Shown one piece after another: positions 1-64,000 of a stretch of 64,000 bases of DNA. The number at the start of each line of letters is the position of its first letter. The stretch's first letter is position 1. The notes beneath the pieces were generated by a model. That model saw nothing but the letters and a program-made list of their open reading frames with translations, did no database searches and was not told where the DNA came from. The translations under genes were made by a program, and so were the position numbers. Source of the DNA: Octopus sinensis (Eukaryota); NCBI RefSeq assembly GCF_006345805.1, contig NC_043002.1:68944001-69008000 (forward strand). The letters run 5' to 3'.

Positions 1-3000
1 TCAAATGAGTTTACTACTTGTTACTTTCAAAGGAGATTTAAGTGATATAGCAATGTGGTGATTATCTTTTTTAAAATGTTTTATTTATTTATTTAATCTG
101 TTTTTCTTCCATGCTAATATTGTTTGGGTGTTTCTGTAAATATGTATATTTGCATAAGAGGTGTTAGCGCAAGTGTTTTTACTACTGGATGCTTTCTTTT
201 TAAAGGTAACTATGTTATGGGAGTATTATCTATATTTTCGATGAGGTTGACTTTAGACAAGCAGTGTATGTTACCTCAGAGCTGATTATGTGTTATGTAA
301 TTCAGTAGATGATTGAAATTAACTGTTACATTACAGAAGGTACTTGATCAGAAGGTCAGAAACCTGTTTGTTAGCTCTAGCTAAAGGTGAGTAGAGGAAA
401 ATAAATGAACAACTGTATGTTGAATACAAGTACCGTTTTACAGGTTTGCCCAAGCTGTGGAAATAGGGATTACAAAAAAACAAAAACATGTGAAGTGTTT
501 ATGAGATTTAAGTATTGATGATTCTAAATATGGACAAAAGTAATCAAAGACTGAATGTTACTTTTAGAACTAGGTGAAATAAATTCCTTATCAAATGAGT
601 TGCTAAATGTGAATTTATCCAATCTCACAAACTATTTATACATCTCAATAAGGCAGTGCATATTGGATCATCTGGTAAAGGTTTCCAATTGAAGGCTTGA
701 TTAGGTCAATAACTGCAAATAGCAACTTCTTGTAATGCTTTATTTTTATTTTTCCTTCTCTAATTTATAATACTGCTGCTCTTAGAATTCTCATTGTTAT
801 TTATAATTTCGTTGTTTTACATTTGTTAGCAGGTGTTCTATTTAGAAGAAAATTCTTTAGGGAGGAAATTTGTGATTTGGTTTCAATTCTGGTTTGAAAT
901 GTTTTCTTTCAGCTATACAAATACTCATGGGAAAGGCATGAATGTTGAAGAATCCCACATTTCTTTATTGTTTAGGCTTTTGTAGCCATTTAGGAAAACA
1001 TTGAATTTATTTTTCAATTCTTTGATTCACATATATTTGTCATATTTGTATTTTAATTTTATTTCCTTATTTAAAAAAAAAATAGTCTTCAGTCATATAT
1101 GGAAGAGCCCTAGTCTAGAGTAAAACTGTGTATGTGTGTGAATTATATACTCACTCATATTATTCATGCATTATATTTTGTTTATTTTTTTTAACTAGAA
1201 ATTTACTATTACGCACTTTTAGCAAGTTTTATATTTATGTACATTAAAAAAACATTCAGATGATGGGTAATATACCTATGTTGAATTATTAATAGTATTG
1301 TTGCTAGTTGCCAATAAATTCTCCTGTAGCAAAGATTTAGAACAATGTCCATTGTTGAAGAAACAGATTTAACTACTTAGTTGTTGATATAAATGGATGA
1401 GGATGTAAAGTTTACAGAATAAATAAAATCTCCAAATGAATTTATTTATATTTTCTCCAAAAGAAAGGGCATTGATAGTTTGCCTAAAAATTTGTATTTC
1501 TTAGAGGGAAGAAAGATGTAAATACATGAAAATTCATAAATCAAACTGGTTATGCAGCATAAAACAATAATAAAACATATATTTTTGAAAGCTGATGAAA
1601 TTTTGAAACAGATATGTTATCCAGAATTATAACAGTTTTTAGCAGTCAGCAAAGAAATGCAGTAACTTCAGCTGTCTCCTGCCGTCTGTTGTTTTTTTTT
1701 CTCTTATTTTTTCTGGTCTAATGCTGGTGCAAACTGAATAGTTCAGATTTTCTGCAATCTCAACAGATTTCAGCTGGATGTCAATTTAGGATTTGTTTAC
1801 TGTTCATATCTGGATTTCTGACACTTTTTTAAAGATTTTTTTTCCTCAGTTGACATGACGAGGTTGAATGTTTGTAATTATTTTATTGACAGAAAGAGAG
1901 ATAGATATATCTAAAATGATTATTTTAAAGGAGTTGACAATGAAACAGACCCCCCCCCCAAAAAAAAAACACATGTAAACAAACTGTCGAGAGTGCTGAA
2001 GTAATAATACTAAAACTATAAATTCATAGCTTAAAGTGTGAAAGGTAAATTAATTAAATGAATTATTAATTATGTGATGTCACAATTGTTATTAAATCTC
2101 AGTGTATTCTTAGTATTTGGGTGGTAACTTAATTAGTGATATATCACATTCCATAGGACTGGAAAATTAACTAGTCATTAATTTAGAAAGTTATGCCGGA
2201 AATGACTCTCGTGGATTAAATGACTTTCTTTTAAAACCTGCCAAAGATTTTTAGTGAATAGAATGTGTTTATTAGTTCTAGGTATCTATTACTGAGTTAG
2301 GTTTTTATAGTGAGAGGGTGTTATTTTTTTCATTTTGTGCATTTGTGAAAATATTTTTGAATGCACTTGTAAGGTACTTGTGAGGAAAGAGGATGTTTCT
2401 AAGAAGAGTATCATTTAAATGCTGATGTTTTAGTGCTAAGAGTGACTTCCCATTCTAACCTCACCTTTTCTGTAAAATACTTTTTGAATAGTGTCTCTCT
2501 GTTTAGTATCAGGTTTGGCATGTTTTTGTTGATGTTCAGTGTGGGATTGAACTCACCACAGTCTTTTAGGACATATGTTAATTATATTTCAGCTCTTGGT
2601 ACTTTATTGACAGGCTTGTATACTTTTAAGTGGCTTGAAAAATATTGTATTGATTGGTCAACAGTAGACATAGTTGGAAATTTTATTGATTATCAAACTT
2701 TAAATTGACAAAATACTACAGTTTCTATTGATGAAAAAAAAAATGTTTGAGCTATCAATCAGAGAAATACAAAATTGTTTCAAGCTTAATGTTATGGCCA
2801 ACTTTTAACTCTGTAACTTAGTAGATCTAGACCTAACTTCTAAAAAGTTAAAATGTTTTATGATCTGAAATATGTGTGAAATTCTGTTAAACCATTTTAT
2901 TTATCCTAGAGTTAATTCAATTTTAAGATTCTGTTGAAATCAGTAGGTATATTTGTAACAAACGGAAAGGTGACACGAACAAATAAATAAGATAGTGGAC

Positions 3001-6000
3001 TGCTCACTCTTAAATTTTACATCTGTATCTTGCAGAAAAAACTTTATGATCTTTAAAGCCAAATGTCTAAGCTGGAGAATAAGTAACTGGCTTTCTGTGA
3101 AAAATCACTTTTAGTAGAGGAAACTTTATATTCACTTCACTCTGCAGAATCTGCATGTTAACACTGTAATTTGAATCATGGAAAAAAAAATTTTTCTTTT
3201 AGTCATGGTAATATCTTTGATTCTTCCAGACAAAGCATAATCAATTTGAGTTCAAAAACTTAAAATATATTAGCTTGTCTGTCTTTTGAAATGAAGTTGT
3301 GTATCTTTGCAATATTTTCTTTAGACTGTACAATTTTCTTATGAAATGAACCAATAATTTTCACATAAAAAAAAAAAAAATTTCTATTTTATTTTTATTG
3401 CCACCTTCCTATTTTTTTTCAAGTTCTCTCATATCAGAGTATTGAAAATATAATTCCAAATTATGCATTACTTAGTTTTGGTGTAATTAATTAAGATTTT
3501 AAATAAAAATAAAATCCACAAAAGTTTAAAATGAGAATAATAATTATGGTAGCATATAATGTTAAGTAATATAAAATATAATATTATAGCCCAACTTTTG
3601 CGATTACTTTGTTGTTAGCTTTTGAAATAATTTTTGTGATTTACATTTAGTTAATAACACTCATAGATTGTATGTTTTGAATTTTTAAGTAGTATTTGCT
3701 TAAATTAATTATGGACTTTTCCTCGAGATAGTGTGTTGCTTCTGTAAAATCTTTGGTGTTTTATTATTGAATAGCTTTAAAGAAATTACCAGTTAATTTG
3801 TTGAAAATCTGTCTCAAAATTGAAATAGTATCTAAATGAGTTTCATTTTTTCTATAGTGAAATAACTTCATACTGATGTGACAACTCATTTATTAATGCT
3901 TCTTTATATATATATATATATGTTTAATATACAGCTGTATATTATTATTATTATGCATATCATTTATACATATTTTTACTCCTTATACATGTGTCTGCAA
4001 GATGGTTGATTTATTACTTGATTGAGGAGCCAGATAGTTTTGGTTGCTATATTCATGTCCAAGTAGACCTGTTTAGGATGAGTATTGCTCATCTCAAATT
4101 AGAAGAAGTGGGTAAGAATGGTTTCTTAAGCACTACATGCTTCAACTCTAAGGAATCTATACCCAAGAAATACACCCATTAATAATTTAACAAAGAACAA
4201 AAAACTACTTTTGATTATTAGAACTAAGAATGTAAGGACTTTACAGGATCTTAAAACTTGTGAGATATCTGAATAATGGACAGCTTTTGTTGAATGTGAA
4301 CTCCAAGGTGATAAATTGGTAGAGTCATTCGTCACACAAAATACTGTATGGCATTTGCTTACCCTTTAGCATTTAAACTGGACAAAATATTCTACCTGTT
4401 TTGTGTTCAAATTGGCCAAATCCAGCTTCCACACTATCCAACAATGTCATACCAAAGGTAAACAATCACATCATTGAAGTCTTAAAGCTAAAAGATAGTA
4501 CGTGATTAATTCAAAACGGTGTCAATGAATAAGCATTACATTTGACAGTGATCTAAACACTAAAGGGTTTAGCTTTCTGTGCTCCAACTTTAAAATCCCA
4601 CCATGGTCAACCTTGCCTTTTATTCTTTTGAAGTGGATAAATAAATAGCATTCCAATACTGGGGTTGATTCTTCTTTCTCTGTCTCTCTCTTTCTGTATG
4701 GAAGAAATTGACTCTACAATGTTTAAATTCTCTGGGCATACTGTATGTTATGAAGGCATGCCTACAGTGCCATTAGGAGTTGAGGTCAGGGAAGGATGGT
4801 TAGGTAAATTTCACCACAGACACCGCATCACTAAGTGAAAACAGAATAGCTGATGAGGGCAACCTAACTGAGAATAATTGAAGTTACACTTTCTTTTAGA
4901 AAGGATGACCAGCTGGTAAACCGTGTATACATGGTGTTGGTTTCACTACAAATACAATTTTAGTTAAGAAATTCAATATTTTTTATCAATCTCTGTATTT
5001 GAACATCTTATCCATCTTTGAATTCTTTTAAGTAATCAGTTCCTCATTTTCATTAGTGCTTATGGATGATTAAAAAAAAAATGTTTTCAATGAATTGCAG
5101 TGTGTAATCTTTTAAGTCTATTAATCCTGATGATAAAATCCTACTTAGAAAATTTTATGTAAAACCACAAAATATAGCCAGAAATCACTGGAAGACATGG
5201 GGGTGTGTAGATGCAACACCAATGGACTGTTTACTTCTAGACCTTTGTTCAGAGTTTGAATTTATTATAATTAATACTATTTTTTGCCAAAATAGCAAAC
5301 AATAAACTACATGGATGCATACCCATTCAAAGTATTGGCATCTAATTGATTTTATCATCACATAAAGATGAGTTATATCTGATATGTGGTTTGTTAGATC
5401 AATACAAGTTGCTGGTGGCTGTTGGGTTGAACACAGAATATGTTAACAAAACTAGAAATGAATATTAAAATAAAATGAACTCTTAAATTCCAGCATAATG
5501 TTGGGAAGAAGAAATTAAAAGTTAAATATTAAGATCCTAATGTTAGCTGCAATTTTCACACTGCCTCCAGGAAAAGTCTTTGTCCTCACCAAGTTTATGG
5601 GATCTCAGTTGAAGAGTGGAACATTCTTACCTCAATAGTACTTGATATACTTGAAGAAAACCATAGCCCATTTTTTCAGTAACAACTTGATTAGTTTGAT
5701 TAAAATGGCCACACATTAAAAGCTCAAATTGCTGTAAAACTGAAAGCGAAACTTGAAAAAGAATAATCTATTTAGCAGAAAAGCTTGAATTTCATATATA
5801 GTTTATACTTTGTGTTCAACAGCTGTTTCTTGAAGATAAACACCACCAAATGTATAATTACATAATTGTGAAACATAATTAAATTAGATTAAGTCAAATT
5901 AATTTTAAAACAATGTTGACTCAAATTATCAGGAATGTTACATTAAGCAGAAAACTGTTTCTGGACCAGTATTGCAATTATGTAATTATATATTTTATGG

Positions 6001-6254
6001 TGTTTAACTTCATGAAACAGCTGTTGAACATAAAATCTGAACTATATGTGCTTTTTTTGTTAAATGTGTTGTTCTTAAAAGATTGTTTTAACCAATTATG
6101 TATACACATGCAATCCAGTCTCACTTGGATTTACTGTAATGGAGTTTAAATCAACCCTTAAAAACCTTGGATTTATTTTTTTGATATTTGTACATTGCTT
6201 CTCTATAATGCAAAAATCCTAAGTGTTGACTGAAGACACACTCCTTCGCAAATG

Positions 6255-6488
6255 ATCAGCTATTATTTTGTAAACAATGTTTTGAAACTGTTCATGTTTT
6301 CGAAAGGAGAGATCTGACTCTCACATCTCTGTGGGAGAAGATAGGCCTCTCTATTCCTCTTAAAAAACTTATGTCCGGGTGCCAAATTTGCCTCAATTGA
6401 TGGTATTATTCGGGTGGGGGGTGGGGAGCAGGGGCATACACAAAACATGTATGCAGTAGGTGTATGTGTTTGTGTGTGTGTTGCCTAT

Positions 6489-6519
<31 letters not shown>

Positions 6520-7270
6520 CTTAAGACTTAGTTGTGATCTGAACATAACCACTTCTGACAACAGAGGATCAGGAGTCCTTTTGGGCATTCTATTTTCCTT
6601 ACTGGAAGGGTTCCCAACACATGGGCAAAAGATGGGGTTAGATGATAGGGGTAGTGTTTTCAAAAGGGCTGGCATATGCAACCTGATCACCTCTGCTGAT
6701 CAAACTCCCAATCCATGCGTTCCCATCGCAATACTGATTCTCCAGAATTGGTTTGGGTGTGAAAACCAACTTTAAAGTATAAATATAGATGTTTTTGAAT
6801 CAGCAATGTTGTGTTTGGTTAAGTCCTATTTGGGGTGAAAAATCAATAAACTGATTCCTTATGGAGTTTTCCATTTAATCAGGATTAAAAAAATCGATAA
6901 ACCGATTCCTTATAGGACTTCCCACTAAAATTGGCTACACCCCATTTTCAACCATAACTTTTACAAATTTTGATGTATTTTGTTCAAACTTGATGCCAGC
7001 ATTACTTAGAACTCATGGGATCTTTGAATGCTTTAAGTTCTCCAAAAATGTAAAAAAAAACCAAAAAAACAATTGAGAGTGTGGAAAAAATCGATAAACT
7101 GATTCCTTATAGAATTTCCCAATCAAATTGTCTGCAACTCATTTTCAGCCAAAAGTTTACCAATTTCAACAGATTCTGCTCAAATGTTACTTAGTTTGGT
7201 TTGAAATAAAGAGCTTGATTAGCTTAATAATCCTAACTTAATCCCAAGCAAAGCCAGGCTATACTGCTAG
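6255..7270 (+). mobile_element. Probable non-autonomous Helitron-like element (5' boundary uncertain)
   Basis: The 3' end cccaagcaaagccaggctatactgCTAG|t reads as a CpG-decayed hairpin plus CTAG terminus. It has an internal (CA)n and three copies of AAAAATCGATAAACYGATTCCTTAT near 6840, 6890 and 7086. Confidence 0.5.
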
Positions 7271-8920
7271 TGATATTTAAACAGGAGAATGCATATAGTG
7301 TACAAATTACTGAGATGAATCTCTTCTCTCTAATTCTGAAAATATTCTCCTTGATTACTGATTCTCATTGCAGAATAAATTCTTCCAGAAAGTTGAAATG
7401 TGTGTAGAGCTGATTGTGGAATTATTGGCATATTTTCCTTACAATACATCCAAAGAAAGTGCCTAAAATATAACCATGCTCTATGCACAATTTTTCTGTG
7501 ACCCTGTCAAGGTTTTTGATTCAGTGCCACACAACAACACTGTGTGAATAGTTCTTGAGGTGCCTTTTGATTGCTTCTTAACAATTGTTATATTGTTATG
7601 CTTGCATAGACTGGATAAAAATCTGCAATTTGGCACATTGGTGTTTTTATTCTGTGTCATCTTGTCTTGAAACTTAAATATTCTGCAATAATATCATCAC
7701 TTTATTTCATGTTTTTCTTGGTCTTAAATTTGCCATGAGTATCTTTTATTGTCGTCACATAACACATTTTAGCTGAGGGGATACTGTTTTTTTGCATTAT
7801 GTGTGCTTAACAGGACAATCATTTCTCCTGCTCACGTTTTCTCAATTTACTTAAACATACAGTAGATTATGTTAACTCATTTCTCTCTACAGATGTTCTA
7901 CAGTCTATATATCACACTAACATGCAACATCATTATTCTACTAATTTCGATAAAAACCATTTGATATTATTGTCTGTGATTGGATTCTTATATCATTATG
8001 CTTCATATACTCTGCCTTTTAGAAAGAAAGAGAGAGGTGGAGAAGAGGGCGAGTATATGTTCATCACCAAGTGATTAAAATTTATTTTAGCTCAAATCTT
8101 CATCAGCATCAGTGTAGTTGATGACATAATCTCTCATCCATTAGCTACTCAGTTTATGTTTCAGACCAAATAACATAAGGCAAAAGAAAGACAAGATTGT
8201 TACAATGTTTTATTACCATGGATTTACTGATTATATATATCTGAGACAAAAATGAACATGGCCTTGGCAGGAAACGTTTTTATCAGAAGATAAATATATT
8301 TTTATACACATAATTAATGTAAATTTATAAAATTATAAATCTTAGAAGCTATGGTACCTTCATATAAACTGTGGGAAAGGGGAAAACTAGCGTTATTAGT
8401 AGATCCCAATTTAGAGTAGCTCAAATACTCTCTGATGTGTTCACTGTGCTAGTACATGAATACACATGCAACACACAGTAGAAGTTGCTTATTATGATAA
8501 TTTTAGGATGGAGCCTTTTGGATAACAATAAACAAGTGATAACATAGCAGATGATGTAACAGTATCATGTGCATGTTTGGGACCTACTAATTTTGATAAT
8601 AAAAACCATTTGGTAATATTCTCTGTTATTGGATTATGAGATTTTCACTATTCTATATGAAAAGATCTATGATGATCTCAAATTTCTGTTGCTAGTTGAA
8701 ATTCACATTGTTAGTTTGTTCTGAAGTTGATATTTTATCAAGAAAAATGAGGGTATAGGTATGTTGCCTATTTTATATTGTAATATTGCATAACTGCTAT
8801 AGTGAAAATTCTTGCATGTGGTTAAATGATGTTTACTTTGATTATTTATGTTTTGTAACTGTTTCCTAATTGAGTACTTGATATGGTTTTCTAAGACTTG
8901 TATTTTTTTCCTGTCTCTAG

Positions 8921-63136
<54,216 letters not shown>

Positions 63137-63559
63137 GTAACTTATTACTTTCTTTCAAATATTCATCTATTTTTCACTAAACATTTTGTTAAACCCTAAT
63201 ATGTTTTTATGTGCTTTTTTTGATTTGTATTCAAGATTATTGTCCTTCGTTTATTCTTACTGAAAAACGAAACTTTTTTTCTCTCTGCTTATTGACGATC
63301 AAATTTCAATTCTAATATGAAATAGCTTTGCTTATTAATATCCAACTTTTTTTCATATTAAATAATATGGCACTTCCTTAACTCTGACACATCTTCATCA
63401 CCATTTCTTCCCTTTTCCCACTGAGGTAACCATGCCCCTCCCCCACACACACACAACAAGAGGCCTGTTTTCGTTTCTCTGTCATACTTTAACCTCTCAT
63501 CATTTAGCATAAAGCCACCTCCCTCAATACTGCACACCCTCAGTTGAAGAATCTTGTTT

Positions 63560-63775
63560 TGTGAGTTACTTGGTGATCTCACTAGTGCCAGTGCTGCGTA
63601 AAAAGTACCCAGTACACTCTGTAAATTGGTTGGCATTACGAAAGGCATCCAGCCATAGAGATCATACCAAAGCAGACATTTGAGCTTGGTGCAATTCTCT
63701 AGCTCACCAACTCCCAGTGAACCATCCATCTCATGCCAGCATGGAAAACAAACATTAAATGGTGATGATGATGTA
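63560..63775 (+). mobile_element. RTE-tail retroposon copy downstream of exon L
   Basis: aaaagtacccagtacactctgtaaattggttggc...catgccagcatggaaaacaaacattaaatggtgatgatgatg. Confidence 0.72.
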
Positions 63776-64000
63776 ATTTCCCAACTTGCTCAATGTAACA
63801 ACTAATTTTTCCGTAACAAATTCCCTTCTGCTTTTGTGATAAAAATCACAGGTTTCAGATTTGAATTATAAGATAGTCACATTCAGAGCATTGATTAAAT
63901 GATGAAGTCTGATCTAAAATGACTGTTCATATCTTCTTACTGCTTAATCTTGGGCCACTCAGATGCTTTAGTATTGTCAACCACTCTTCTTCAACAACAA

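Noticed and set aside
337-386. Candidate upstream exon (ttacag...AAG|gtgagt)
   Set aside because: The only open frame ends in phase 1, but exon A needs phase 0, and the peptide has no family motif. It remains possible only as a non-coding or poison exon.
3036-3082. Candidate upstream exon (ttgcag...|gtaact)
   Set aside because: Weak donor, stops in two frames, and the open frame is phase-incompatible with exon A.
63137-63180. Stop at 63178-63180 as the true C-terminus
   Set aside because: A good donor (CAG|gtaact) sits right after the knuckle and the read-through peptide is intron-like, so a final exon beyond the window is more likely. Intron retention is not excluded.

Overview
AT-rich eukaryotic genomic DNA, most likely octopus; this is inferred from the repeat families, not proven. 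No prokaryotic operon, CRISPR array, rRNA or true tRNA is evident. The window lies inside one + strand gene. I assembled 12 GT-AG exons (8921-63136; 2668 nt, about 889 codons, all splice phases consistent) that encode the internal part of a ZCCHC2/ZCCHC14-family protein. It has a Cys-rich segment, a PX-like fold, a long S/P/N/H/Q low-complexity region with a poly-His tract, a CxxCxC motif and a C-terminal CX2CX4HX4C zinc knuckle. No SAM domain is visible. The start and stop codons lie outside the window. The introns contain a full-length decayed hAT transposon with a perfect 8-bp TSD, a related hAT MITE, an open-frame 5'-truncated CR1-like RT, RTE-like LINE remnants, Tc1/mariner and Tigger remnants, a probable non-autonomous Helitron, several SINE families and microsatellites. 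The best leads concern RNA processing of this gene: the missing SAM domain, inverted retroposon pairs around two PX-region exons, and an in-frame internal donor that could remove the zinc knuckle. I found no clearly new multi-gene system.
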